The notes: generated from the letters alone by a model not told the origin. Shown: positions 26,602 to 36,790, counted from the stretch's first letter. The stretch is DNA of 44,323 nt from Patescibacteria group bacterium (GCA_028286885.1 JAQBQS010000009.1:1-44323), one strand, 5' to 3'. Translations and numbers: made by a program.

Positions 26602-29055
26602 ATGGCAGACAAAACACCCGAAATCAAGCCCGACCACGTCAACATCATACCGATGAACATCGCGACCGAAATGCGCGAAGCCTTCATTGCATACTCGATG
26701 TCGGTCATCACGTCCCGCGCCCTTCCCGACGTCCGAGACGGATTGAAACCCGTACACCGGCGCATTCTCTACGGCATGCACGACATGGGCATTTACGCGA
26801 ACTCGAAATTCGTAAAGTCCGCAAAGGTTGTCGGAGAGGTGATGGCGAAATACCACCCGCACGGCGATGCCTCGATTTATGACTCCATGGTGAACATGGC
26901 GCAGACATTCTCGTACCGATATCCGTACGTCTGGGGACAGGGAAACTTCGGTTCGATCGACGGCGACAATGCGGCCGCGATGCGTTATACCGAGGCCAAG
27001 ATGATGAAGCTCACCGCGGAACTTCTTCGCGACCTTGAAAAAGAAACGGTTGATTTTACGCCAACCTATGATGCAACCGGCAAGGAGCCGAGTGTTTTAC
27101 CTACGGCCATTCCTGCGCTCCTTCTCAATGGTACTCTCGGTATTGCAGTAGGTATGGCGACGAACATTCCTCCTCATAACTTGACCGAGGTTATTGATGC
27201 AACTATTGCAACAATTGATAATCCCAAGATTACGAATGAAGATTTGATGGAATATGTGAAGGGGCCTGATTTCCCAATTGGAGGAATTATTTACAACAAG
27301 AAAGACATTGCTCACGCATACGCGACAGGACGCGGTCCGGTTGTTGTTCGCGGAGAAACAGAAATTGTCGAGCAGAAGAACGGATCATTCCAAATTGTCA
27401 TCACATCAATTCCGTTTCGTGCGAACAAAACGTCGATGATCGAGAAGATTGCCGAACTCGTTACCGAGAAAAAACTTACCGAGGTAAAGGCGATGCGCGA
27501 CGAATCAACGCGCGACATGCGCATGGTGCTCGACCTCAAAGCGGGAGTCAATCCGCAGAAGGTTTTAAACTACCTGTTCAAGCACACTGAACTCGAAAGC
27601 AACTTCAACTTCAACATGGTTGCACTTGTCGACGGGACGCCGCAGACGTTGGCACTCAAAGATTTCCTCACGAACTTCATTTCGCATCGACAAGTTGTCG
27701 TGCGCAGGCGAACAGAATTCGATCTGCGCAAGGCGGAAGCACGTGCTCATATCTTGGAAGGGTTGAAGATCGCGCTCGACCACATCGACGAGGTCATCAA
27801 ATTGATCCGCGCGTCGCGTGATACCACGGATGCCAAGGAAGGACTCATGAAAAAATTCAAGCTCTCCGAGATTCAGGCGCTTGCCATCTTGGACATGAAG
27901 CTTCAGAAACTGGCTGGACTCGAGCGCAAGAAAGTCGAGGACGAGCTCAAGGAAGTCCTCGGCGTTATTTCAGATTTGAAAGCCTTGCTTGCGTCAGTTG
28001 CCAAGATGATGAAGATCATCCGGACGGAATTGGTTGATATCAAGGAAAAATACGGCGACGAGCGCCGAACGAAAGTCGTCGCAAAGGCGGTTGGAAATAT
28101 TTCAGACGAGGACTTGATCGCTGATACGAATGCGGCTCTCGTCTACACGGCTGGCGGTTACATCAAGCGAACCGATCCGACCGAATACAAATCGCAGAAA
28201 CGCGGTGGCGTCGGCGTCGTTGATCTCGACACTAAAGAAGAAGATGTCGTGACGCATTTGCTCACGGCGTCCACCCACAGCGACCTGCTCTTCTTCACAG
28301 ACTTGGGCAAGGTGTACCAGATCAAGATGTACGACATCATGGAGGGGCGTCGCGCAACCAAGGGCAAGTCAATCATGAATTACTTGTCGCTTGCGGATAA
28401 CGAAAAAGTTACAAGTATATTGCCAGTTCCGAAGGGGGCCGACAGCCAAGGCAAGTCGATCTTCTTCGTTACTAAACAGGGAACGATCAAGAAGGTTCCG
28501 GCCGATTCATTCTCGACCGTACGAAGGTCAGGATTGATCGCAATCGGACTCAACGGCGGCGATACGCTCCTCGGTACGGTCATGACGCAGAAGGGAGACA
28601 CAGTATGCCTCATCACATCCGACGGCCAATCAATTCGATTTGCGGAATCAGACGTCCGCGATATGGGTCGCACTGCAGCGGGTGTTCGGGGAATCAATCT
28701 CGACAAGTCTGATGCGGTTGTCGGACTCGGCGTGGTGAACGACTCGATGAAGAATCCGACGCTTATGGTCATGTCTGATCACGGATACGGCAAGCGAACC
28801 GCAATCGACGAGTACAAGGTTCAGGGACGAGGCGGTTCCGGAATCAAGACGGCGAACGTTACGGACAAGACAGGTCCGATCGTCGGCGCGAAAATCGTAA
28901 CAGACGATAACACGGAACTCATTGCGATTTCCAAGAAGTCGCAAGTCATCCGAACCGAGATTGAATCTATTCCGGTTCTGTCGCGAGCAACACAAGGTGT
29001 TCGCGTGATGAAACTTCGGGAAGGGGATTCGCTTGCGAGCTTGACGCTGCTTTAA
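26602..29055 (+). CDS. gyrA: DNA gyrase subunit A
   Basis: RALPDVRDGLKPVHRR, YHPHGD, AAMRYTEA catalytic Tyr, GyrA-box QKRGGVG, C-terminal pinwheel repeats. Confidence 0.97.
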   Translation: MADKTPEIKPDHVNIIPMNIATEMREAFIAYSMSVITSRALPDVRDGLKPVHRRILYGMHDMGIYANSKFVKSAKVVGEVMAKYHPHGDASIYDSMVNMAQTFSYRYPYVWGQGNFGSIDGDNAAAMRYTEAKMMKLTAELLRDLEKETVDFTPTYDATGKEPSVLPTAIPALLLNGTLGIAVGMATNIPPHNLTEVIDATIATIDNPKITNEDLMEYVKGPDFPIGGIIYNKKDIAHAYATGRGPVVVRGETEIVEQKNGSFQIVITSIPFRANKTSMIEKIAELVTEKKLTEVKAMRDESTRDMRMVLDLKAGVNPQKVLNYLFKHTELESNFNFNMVALVDGTPQTLALKDFLTNFISHRQVVVRRRTEFDLRKAEARAHILEGLKIALDHIDEVIKLIRASRDTTDAKEGLMKKFKLSEIQALAILDMKLQKLAGLERKKVEDELKEVLGVISDLKALLASVAKMMKIIRTELVDIKEKYGDERRTKVVAKAVGNISDEDLIADTNAALVYTAGGYIKRTDPTEYKSQKRGGVGVVDLDTKEEDVVTHLLTASTHSDLLFFTDLGKVYQIKMYDIMEGRRATKGKSIMNYLSLADNEKVTSILPVPKGADSQGKSIFFVTKQGTIKKVPADSFSTVRRSGLIAIGLNGGDTLLGTVMTQKGDTVCLITSDGQSIRFAESDVRDMGRTAAGVRGINLDKSDAVVGLGVVNDSMKNPTLMVMSDHGYGKRTAIDEYKVQGRGGSGIKTANVTDKTGPIVGAKIVTDDNTELIAISKKSQVIRTEIESIPVLSRATQGVRVMKLREGDSLASLTLL

Positions 29056-29065
29056 AATTCAAATC

Positions 29066-29097
29066 AAAAAATATCCGAGAATTCTCGGATATTTTTT
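29066..29097. terminator. Bidirectional terminator after gyrA
   Basis: aaaaaatatccgagaattctcggatatttttt perfect palindrome. Confidence 0.8.
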
Positions 29098-29138
29098 GTA
29101 AATAAAAAACCGGCTGCAGAGCAGCGCGGTTTGTAATG

Positions 29139-30242
29139 TTACTCAACAGGAACGAGAAGTTCTTTTCTCATGGCGGCAAATTTCTTCATGGATTTCGCCG
29201 GTGCGATGTAATTCTTTTCCGCCTTGAGGAACTCGAGGTTTTGCTTCAGGATGCTAAGCTCCATGGCATGCAGCGCGTCGGTACTTGTCCCGTGCTCCTT
29301 GAGGAGATCGCGAAACTCTTCATGCGACACCCAGATGACCGGATTGTTCACATAGAGCGAAGAATGGTGGAACATGATTCCCTCAGGAGTGAACGAAAAT
29401 GATGGAATTCCGTCCAATTTGACACTGTTAATGAGCTGGTTCGCCTGATGAATATTGATATCCTTCTTTGACATCTCTTTTGGGTATCGAGGTATCGTGA
29501 TCATGCGTCCGTGCACAAACATCTTGAGGTTCCTATCGGAGGGGAATGAGTCCATCAGAAGCGAGTTGTACACGATAGGAGCTATGTACTGCATGAGGGT
29601 GAACTTTTTCTGAACCAACTTCGGAAAATCTTTTGTCTCCAAAATTTTATAGAGTACCTGATTGTAAATGCGCGATTGACGCGCCTCGATCATCATGAGT
29701 TCCTTGTTAAACGATTTGTACGGAACCATGTTCGAATGGACTTCAACTTCAATAATGCGTTTCTTGGTATAGATCTTGAGTTCTCTCATGAGAGCCAGGA
29801 GATCGTAGATGAGTTCGCTTTCTTCTTTTGTCATGCGAAACGCATCTTTTGGATAGAACGTGCCGGAGATGCTCTCGAGTTTGAATTCCTTCGAATGGTT
29901 TTCGAGTCCCAGGAGTTGTTCTTTCGTGACATTCAGAAGTTCGGCAAATGACATCGCGTCTTTTGGATCGAAACCGTAGCGCAGTGTTTTAAAGCGCGAA
30001 AAGTCGGATACGAGATTTGAGATATGTGATTGCATATCCTGAACCGGGCCGGCATATACCATCCCATGGGAGATGTTGAGATTGATCATGATCTCCTCAA
30101 AAAGCTTGTATGATGCCAGAACTTCAGGGTTTGTTGATCCTGTATTCTTGACATCTTCACGGCGTGAGAGAGGACAGAGACTGCAACCCGCGGCGCACGA
30201 TTGGCTGGTTGGAAAGATTTCCATTTCGATTATTTTCTTCAT
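29139..30242 (-). CDS. Orphan protein with N-terminal CxxxCxxC (radical-SAM-like) motif
   Basis: IEMEIFPTSQSCAAGCSLC; start moved to ATG 30242 because the promoter TTGACT-17-TATTCT overlaps the longer start. Confidence 0.7.
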   Translation of the reverse strand: MKKIIEMEIFPTSQSCAAGCSLCPLSRREDVKNTGSTNPEVLASYKLFEEIMINLNISHGMVYAGPVQDMQSHISNLVSDFSRFKTLRYGFDPKDAMSFAELLNVTKEQLLGLENHSKEFKLESISGTFYPKDAFRMTKEESELIYDLLALMRELKIYTKKRIIEVEVHSNMVPYKSFNKELMMIEARQSRIYNQVLYKILETKDFPKLVQKKFTLMQYIAPIVYNSLLMDSFPSDRNLKMFVHGRMITIPRYPKEMSKKDINIHQANQLINSVKLDGIPSFSFTPEGIMFHHSSLYVNNPVIWVSHEEFRDLLKEHGTSTDALHAMELSILKQNLEFLKAEKNYIAPAKSMKKFAAMRKELLVPVE

Positions 30243-30330
30243 TTGTAATGGTATTTGTTTGCGCGAGAATATCATCTATTTATCACCAAGTCAAGTATGA
30301 CTAACTCGCGAGCTCTAATATAATGAATGC

Positions 30331-30858
30331 ATGTTTTCAGATCCTCAAAAGATAATCGATTCGCTGCCGATTGAGATCGGTTCGTCCGTTGCCGATCTCG
30401 GAGCGGGAACCGGAGCGTGGAGCATTTTACTTGCCAAGAAAGTCGGATCGACGGGGAAGGTCTACGCATGCGAAGTCCAGAAGGACATGCTCGTTCGCAT
30501 TGAAAACGAAGCAAAGCAGCATAATATAACTAATATCCAGACTGTCTGGTCAAACGTTGAAAATCATCAGGGAACAAAACTGCGCGACGCGTCCGTTGAT
30601 TGGGCGATCGCGGCGAACGTTCTGTTTCAAGTTGAAGACCAGCCGGGCTTTATCAAGGAAATTTCGCGAATTCTAAAACCCGGGGGCAAATGCCTTCTTG
30701 TCGATTGGAAGGAAAGTTTCGGAAATCTCGGTCCGCACGAAAAGGATGTTGTGAGCGAAACCGAGGCGACGGAACAGTTCGCCATTGCCGGACTGCGCAG
30801 GACGCAATCCGTAATCGATGGCGGTTCCCACCATTACGCGATTATCTTTGCAAAGTAA
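30331..30858 (+). CDS. Class I SAM-dependent methyltransferase
   Basis: VADLGAGTG, GKVYACEVQ, RILKPGGKCLLVDW. Confidence 0.88.
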   Translation: MFSDPQKIIDSLPIEIGSSVADLGAGTGAWSILLAKKVGSTGKVYACEVQKDMLVRIENEAKQHNITNIQTVWSNVENHQGTKLRDASVDWAIAANVLFQVEDQPGFIKEISRILKPGGKCLLVDWKESFGNLGPHEKDVVSETEATEQFAIAGLRRTQSVIDGGSHHYAIIFAK

Positions 30859-30862
30859 AGTT

Positions 30863-32209
30863 ATGAAAAAATTCTCCATTTTTCAAATCGTAGTGTACGT
30901 GCTGTGCATCATCGGCATTATTTTCGCCATTCTCATTTTCTCCGGAAAAATTTCAGTCGGCAAGGATTCGAAGTCATCAGTTTCAGGAACCGTTACGATG
31001 TGGGGAACGCTCCCGTCTGAAACTATGGGAAATGCGCTTGCCCTTGTTGCCGGCGCATATCCCGATCTGCATGTCGTGTATTCCCAAAAAGATCCCGCAA
31101 CGATGCAGTCGGATTTTGTGAATGCGCTGGCATCGGGAACGGGGCCTGATTTGATCCAGCTCAGTCCCGCGGATGTCGTCAAGAATTCCGACAAGCTTCT
31201 GACGATCCCGTTTGCGAGCCTGCCGCAGAACACTTACTTGAATACGTTTGTCGATGAGTCGGCGCTTTATTTGAATTCTACGGGAACCGTGGGACTCCCG
31301 ATCTTCATCGATCCGATGGTGATGTATTACAATCGCGACCTTCTCGCCTCGTCGTTTTCCGTATCGGCTCCCAAAACCTGGGACGATGTCGTTGCGCTCA
31401 ACAAGAAAATGACGACCAAGGATGATGCGGGACAGCTTTCGGTTGAAACAGTCGCGCTCGGCACATATTCCAATATCACGCATGCCAAGGAGTTGTTGGC
31501 GCTTCTCGCATTCCAGACAGGCAACAGCTTGGTCAAGATAAATCCGGCAACGAACAAATATGCGTCGCAGTTTGCTACTATTGATCCGAAAACGGGAGCA
31601 TCCATTGCAACGGTATTTAGATACTATACGCAATTTGCGAATCCATCGGACGCGGATCATTATTCATGGAACGATTCGCTGCCGCTTGATTCTACGCAGT
31701 TTATCGCCGGAAGGCTTGGCCTCTATTTCGGATATGCGAGCGAACTTGCTTCTATCCGTGCCAAGAATCCGAATCTCAATTTCGCCGTTGCGGCAATGCC
31801 GCAGTCGAGCAAGTTCCCGACGAAGGCAACCTATGGAAAAATGATCGGGGTCGGCATTACGAAAATTTCCAAGAATCAGGCGCTTGGCGTGATGGTAGCG
31901 AACTTGATGGCAAGCCAGACGTTCATCAATTCTTATTTTATCTTCGATACGACGCTCGCGCCTGCGCGCAAGGACATGCTTGCGGCAGACCAGTCAGGAG
32001 ATGCTACCAAGGCGCTCGTGTATAACTCGGCGATCATTGCGCGCGGTTGGCTCGATCCAGATCCCGCACAGACAAATGATCTCTTCAAGAGGTTTGTCAC
32101 GCAGATTAATGCCGGACTCATCCTGCCCGAAGGAGTTCTCTCAGGAGGCAATTCATTGATCCAAGGAATCCTTGATAGCTTCCAGAAGGATCCGGCGCCC
32201 GTATCCTAA
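30863..32209 (+). CDS. Membrane-anchored extracellular solute-binding protein (family 1-like)
   Basis: N-terminal TM, VTMWG, ALASGTGPDL, MYYNRDLL, PKTWDD, NLNFAVAAMPQ. Confidence 0.82.
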   Translation: MKKFSIFQIVVYVLCIIGIIFAILIFSGKISVGKDSKSSVSGTVTMWGTLPSETMGNALALVAGAYPDLHVVYSQKDPATMQSDFVNALASGTGPDLIQLSPADVVKNSDKLLTIPFASLPQNTYLNTFVDESALYLNSTGTVGLPIFIDPMVMYYNRDLLASSFSVSAPKTWDDVVALNKKMTTKDDAGQLSVETVALGTYSNITHAKELLALLAFQTGNSLVKINPATNKYASQFATIDPKTGASIATVFRYYTQFANPSDADHYSWNDSLPLDSTQFIAGRLGLYFGYASELASIRAKNPNLNFAVAAMPQSSKFPTKATYGKMIGVGITKISKNQALGVMVANLMASQTFINSYFIFDTTLAPARKDMLAADQSGDATKALVYNSAIIARGWLDPDPAQTNDLFKRFVTQINAGLILPEGVLSGGNSLIQGILDSFQKDPAPVS

Positions 32210-32273
32210 AAAAAGACCGCAATCCGTTGTGGTCTTTTTGTTTTTTAATTTTTTGCAAGGTATACTGTCAGAC

Positions 32274-33824
32274 ATGAACAGACTCAAATCTTTTGCGCTC
32301 CTTCTCGCGTTCGGGCTTCTTGCAATGGCGCCCTACGCCCATGCCGCATTTACTGCGACTCCGACGCAGACCGTGAGTTCACTGACAGTCAGCTATCACT
32401 ATACCGGAACTCCGACCTCCGATATTCGAGTCTATTCATGGCTCGGCGTTGCAAGCTCGACAACTTGGATCGATCGCAACAATCTCTTGATTACGATTGG
32501 ACATTCCTCGACACCGGTGACGAAGGATTTTAGCGTCACCTATAACTTTTCGGCTCTCGGCCTGACGAACGGGACGAACTATGTTTACTATCTTGCTGAC
32601 GGAACGACCGATCAGTCTACCGTTCTTTCGGGGCCTGCGTATTTTACCGTCGGAGGAACCCAAAATCCGACAACACCTACAACTGGTCAGTATGCGTTTG
32701 CTGCAACAGGGCAGTTTGCCGGCCAAGCCCCTGGAACATTCCAAGAAGGTTTTACTGTTAAGCCGACGACTTCGCTTGCTCAGGCAACAACATTAACGCT
32801 TAAGACATTTGTGAACACGTCTTCGACAACGCTCGTATCAACGGATACGTTTCCAATTGGACCTGGCACGGGAACTGTTTCGCCAAGTACGAACGATCTC
32901 GGACCTGGCGATTATACTGCAGTCATTTACGAAGGAACCACGAGTGTCGGGAGTGTTGATTTCAAGATAACAAGCTCCGCGCCTGCAAATCCGTCAACTC
33001 CTCCCACGACGCCAGCAACTCCGCCTGCAGGACCTACGACTCCGATCACTCCCGCCGTTCAAGTCGGCAACACGCTCATAACCTATTTGCCTGGATATAC
33101 GATTACGAATACGGACGCGACACTTCCGGTCAAGATCAGCGTTGTTGTTGAGGCCCAGGTTAACTTGTCGGTGTATATGGCACCCCAGGGACAGAATCCT
33201 TCGGGAGGGCAGACTCTTGTCAATGAATTTATCAGGCCTTTCGTTCCAAAAAATACTTCGATTAAATTTACGGGGCTCACTGCCGGAACAACGTACGTCT
33301 TCACAATTAAAAATGAATCGACAGGCGACCATACAGCGCCTCTGCAATTTAGAACGACCGGCGGAACAGGAACGACAGGAGGATCATTCGGCGTTGTAGG
33401 AACGAATATTGTTAACGGCATTCCGACCGATGTGCCCGCCCTTGTCGATACCATTTCGGATAAGGGAATCGTTCCTAAGTGCGGTCGTACAGGCAGTGAT
33501 ACCGACACCGTTGGAACGCAGATGTGCGGATACAAGGATTTAATGCAGCTGATCGCGAACGTCATCCAGTTCGGACTCATCATGATCGGTCCGATTGTAG
33601 CGATCCTTGCGATGTATGCGGGTGCGATGATCATCTGGCTCGGCAGATTGCCTGATCCGACGAGCGAGCAGATGAAAACACTTAAGAAGTACAAAGCGAT
33701 GCTCGTCCGCGCCGCTATCGGGATCCTTATTATTGTCTTGGCATGGACGTTGATCGCTACAATCCTGCGGGAGCTTGGCGTCAAGTCGAACTACATCCTG
33801 CTCGACATCTTGAGCGGCAACTAA
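32274..33824 (+). CDS. Secreted Thr-rich multi-domain protein with C-terminal TrbC/VirB2-pilin-like hairpin
   Basis: Signal peptide ending AHA/A; beta-rich repeats; Fn3-like FTGLTAGTTYVF; IVPKCG..MCGY; two C-terminal TM helices. Confidence 0.75.
   Translation: MNRLKSFALLLAFGLLAMAPYAHAAFTATPTQTVSSLTVSYHYTGTPTSDIRVYSWLGVASSTTWIDRNNLLITIGHSSTPVTKDFSVTYNFSALGLTNGTNYVYYLADGTTDQSTVLSGPAYFTVGGTQNPTTPTTGQYAFAATGQFAGQAPGTFQEGFTVKPTTSLAQATTLTLKTFVNTSSTTLVSTDTFPIGPGTGTVSPSTNDLGPGDYTAVIYEGTTSVGSVDFKITSSAPANPSTPPTTPATPPAGPTTPITPAVQVGNTLITYLPGYTITNTDATLPVKISVVVEAQVNLSVYMAPQGQNPSGGQTLVNEFIRPFVPKNTSIKFTGLTAGTTYVFTIKNESTGDHTAPLQFRTTGGTGTTGGSFGVVGTNIVNGIPTDVPALVDTISDKGIVPKCGRTGSDTDTVGTQMCGYKDLMQLIANVIQFGLIMIGPIVAILAMYAGAMIIWLGRLPDPTSEQMKTLKKYKAMLVRAAIGILIIVLAWTLIATILRELGVKSNYILLDILSGN
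32691..32978 (+). repeat. 96-codon domain shared with the next gene
   Basis: 84/96 aa identical to 34614-34901. Confidence 0.9.
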
Positions 33825-33830
33825 TACACT

Positions 33831-35780
33831 ATGAATATTATTATGAAAAAATTACTCGCCATCTTCGCGCTCCTCATATCTGCAGTCGCCCTCGGCGTGC
33901 CGTCTCATTCGTTCGCAACGACGACTACGACGTCGAATTCTATTACTGCAGGAGGTTTAATGTCTCATCCTGGAAGTCTAACAACCACAGTTGATCAAAC
34001 AATGACGGCAGTCACCGTAAACTATCACTTTGTCGGAACACCTGACCAGTCTACAATCAAAGTGTATTCTTGGCTTGGCAGAATTTTGCCGAGCAGCAGC
34101 TGGCTTGACCGATCAAACCTTTTGATTACGATTCCGCAGTCCTCTTCACCTGTAACGAAGGATTTCAGCGTGACGTATGATTTTAATGCGCTCGGGCTTA
34201 TAAGCGGAGACCAATATGCCTTTTATTTGGCAACAGGGAAAACGGATAGTGATTTCCTGATAACGCCCCAAATGACCTTTACGGTTGGAGGAACAGGAGG
34301 GGGTTCATACACTTTCGTTGCAAACGGACAGTCTCCAGGCTCAACGACAGGAATGTATGATGAAAGATTTACCATTACTCCCACGGTTCCCCTTACTCAA
34401 CCGACCACGGTTAAGATACTTACTGAAATGACAGGCGGGAGTAATCCCCACACGCGAAACATTCCTAACATTGCAGTATCAGGCTCGAACCCTGTTTCTG
34501 TGACAATGGATGATCTGGCTCCGGGAACTTACCAAGCGCATCTTTTTGATGCCCATTCTGTGCAATTAATGTTGATTCCATTTACGATTACAGCAGGAGC
34601 CGGACAGGGTCCATACACGTTTACCGCAACCGGACAATTTGCGGGCCAAGCCCCCGGAACATTCCAAGAAGGATTTACGGTCAAGCCGACGACTTCGCTT
34701 GCCCAAGCGGTAACGCTGACGCTCAAGACGTTTATGAATGGAGCCGCAACAACATTGGTATCAACCGATACGTTTCCTATTGGGCCCGGAATTGCCGCAG
34801 TTTCGCCGAGCACGAACGACCTTGGACCCGGCGACTATACCGCCGTCATTTACGAGGGAGGAACGAGCGTCGGGAGCGCCGATTTCAAGATAACAAGTTC
34901 GGTTCCGGGAATCGTCCAAGTCATTTCGCATGTGAACGTTCCATCAACTACGGCGACGATCAGCGGAACCCTTGCCGCAACAGGCGCCGATATTCCGAAC
35001 GCTCATCTTGTCGTAAAATTCGGCGAAGACTTGTCGCATTTAACAATCTCTCCCAAGGTTGCCTTCAGCGGAACGATTCCGCACACGGGCGTTGCTTTTA
35101 CGGTTGCGAGCGACCCTTTTGATCCCGCCGTTTCAAACTTGTATTACTATCAGTTTGACGAAACCACCACGGGAACGACCCTTGGCCAAGGAAGCTTCTA
35201 TATCAATACTCCGGCTGACCAAGTAGGCGGAGCGATCAATCCGGGAGCACAGCCGGGAACGCCAACGAATCAGCCGCCTGCGTGCGTTGCCGGACCCTTT
35301 ACGGACGATACGACGAATGACAAATTATGTTCGACCGGCGCTACCGTGAAAGATCTCGTTAAAACAGCAGGAACCTGGACATGGAAATGCACGAGTTCGG
35401 TCATTGCTTATACTCCGGCATCCTGTACGGCAAGCGTGACGGCTGCCGCAGCCAAACCTTCGGACGATAAAAATCCTGACAACTTCCTCAAGAATCCATT
35501 GTCATCGAGCTTGAACTCGTTTCCCAAGATCATCGCGGCGATCGTCAACAACATCGTGCTCCCGATCATGATTCCGTTTATCGCGCTCATGCTCATCTAT
35601 TCCGGATTCCTGTTCGTGATTGCGCGCAAGAAGGGATCGACCGACGGATACGCTGTTGCCAAGAAGACCTTGATGTATACGATGATCGGTGCGGCGCTTG
35701 TCCTCGGAGCATTCGTCGTCTCAAACGCGCTTCAGGGAACGCTTAACGATCTTCTCGCTCCGACTACAACCACGCAATAA
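33831..35780 (+). CDS. Paralogous secreted multi-domain protein with C-terminal TrbC/VirB2-pilin-like hairpin
   Basis: Signal peptide; shared domains; Cys module with WTWKC; LKNPL..IYSGFLFVIA..AKKTL..IGAALVLGA. Confidence 0.75.
   Translation: MNIIMKKLLAIFALLISAVALGVPSHSFATTTTTSNSITAGGLMSHPGSLTTTVDQTMTAVTVNYHFVGTPDQSTIKVYSWLGRILPSSSWLDRSNLLITIPQSSSPVTKDFSVTYDFNALGLISGDQYAFYLATGKTDSDFLITPQMTFTVGGTGGGSYTFVANGQSPGSTTGMYDERFTITPTVPLTQPTTVKILTEMTGGSNPHTRNIPNIAVSGSNPVSVTMDDLAPGTYQAHLFDAHSVQLMLIPFTITAGAGQGPYTFTATGQFAGQAPGTFQEGFTVKPTTSLAQAVTLTLKTFMNGAATTLVSTDTFPIGPGIAAVSPSTNDLGPGDYTAVIYEGGTSVGSADFKITSSVPGIVQVISHVNVPSTTATISGTLAATGADIPNAHLVVKFGEDLSHLTISPKVAFSGTIPHTGVAFTVASDPFDPAVSNLYYYQFDETTTGTTLGQGSFYINTPADQVGGAINPGAQPGTPTNQPPACVAGPFTDDTTNDKLCSTGATVKDLVKTAGTWTWKCTSSVIAYTPASCTASVTAAAAKPSDDKNPDNFLKNPLSSSLNSFPKIIAAIVNNIVLPIMIPFIALMLIYSGFLFVIARKKGSTDGYAVAKKTLMYTMIGAALVLGAFVVSNALQGTLNDLLAPTTTTQ
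34614..34901 (+). repeat. 96-codon domain shared with the previous gene
   Basis: 84/96 aa identical to 32691-32978. Confidence 0.9.
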
Positions 35781-35781
35781 T

Positions 35782-36162
35782 ATGAAACGACACATTACAA
35801 CTCTTTCTTTGTTCGTAGGCGGGCTTGCGTTCGGCATGATGATCAAGGTGGCATTCGCGCAGCAGGGAACTGCCGGCGGGACGTTCAACACGTTGGTTTC
35901 GACGGCCGGCAATTGGATTAGCGCCACAATCGTGCCAATGCTCGTTGCCATCGCGGTGTTAGTCTTCATGTTCAACATGATCATGTTCATCTTCAACTCG
36001 GACAATGAGGCTGAAAGGGCAAAGTTCAAGAAGTATTCGCTCAACTCGATCCTAGCGCTCTTCATCTTGCTTTGCGTGTGGGGTGTCGTCGGGATCTTCA
36101 CTCATACGTTTTTCAACAAGGATCCCGTTATTCCGCAATTGCCGACGAGCGATTCGGCATAA
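35782..36162 (+). CDS. TrbC/VirB2-like pilin
   Basis: Signal peptide ending AFA/Q; two hydrophobic helices split by a charged loop; SILALFILLCVWGVV. Confidence 0.7.
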   Translation: MKRHITTLSLFVGGLAFGMMIKVAFAQQGTAGGTFNTLVSTAGNWISATIVPMLVAIAVLVFMFNMIMFIFNSDNEAERAKFKKYSLNSILALFILLCVWGVVGIFTHTFFNKDPVIPQLPTSDSA

Positions 36163-36224
36163 TGGAACATTAAAAAACGCACCCTTGGGAGGTGCGTTTT
36201 GCATTTGAACAAAATGCAAAAATG

Positions 36225-36605
36225 TTAGTGGGCTGCTCCACCTCCGCCACCTGCTGGGGGAGCGGCGGCTGCGGCAGCAGGTGCTGCGGCGGGACGCTTG
36301 TCAGGAGCAGTAGCTCTTTTAATCTTCATCTTTTGGATCTTAGTATTGTCGCCGAACTCATTGAGTCCGAGTACACTGTCGATCTCGTCTTTCGTTACGG
36401 CTTTGGCCATGGCAGCATCGTGGCATATACCTAGGAGTACGGAGTTTGTGATTCCGCGGTGCCTGCATGCCCATATAGCTTCCTCATAGTTACCGTCAGT
36501 GACAGCCTTTTTGATGCCTTTTTGGACATCCTCGTTTTTTTGATCGCGAACATCGAGGAATCCCTCGATTGTTTCTTTAAACTTGTCGCTTACTTTTTCA
36601 GCCAT
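36225..36605 (-). CDS. Orphan protein with Pro/Ala/Gly-rich tail
   Basis: 126 aa; promoter TTGACA-17-TAAACT starting at 36680. Confidence 0.7.
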   Translation of the reverse strand: MAEKVSDKFKETIEGFLDVRDQKNEDVQKGIKKAVTDGNYEEAIWACRHRGITNSVLLGICHDAAMAKAVTKDEIDSVLGLNEFGDNTKIQKMKIKRATAPDKRPAAAPAAAAAAPPAGGGGGAAH

Positions 36606-36790
36606 TTGATTGGTTTTTAGTTGAATAAATGAATTAAATACTTTCGGGAAGAGTTTATCATAATATTAGTATATTGTCAAGTATTCTAATCGCCAGAAAC
36701 CTTGATTTTAAAGGCAAAATAAGGGATTTCTATAAAACCCTTATAAATCAACACTCTAGGACAGATTTGGATGGGGAAGCTCTGAACTAC

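Noticed and set aside
36225-36310. GC-rich low-complexity stretch as a possible repeat element
   Set aside because: It is explained by the Pro/Ala/Gly tail codons of the 36225-36605 protein.
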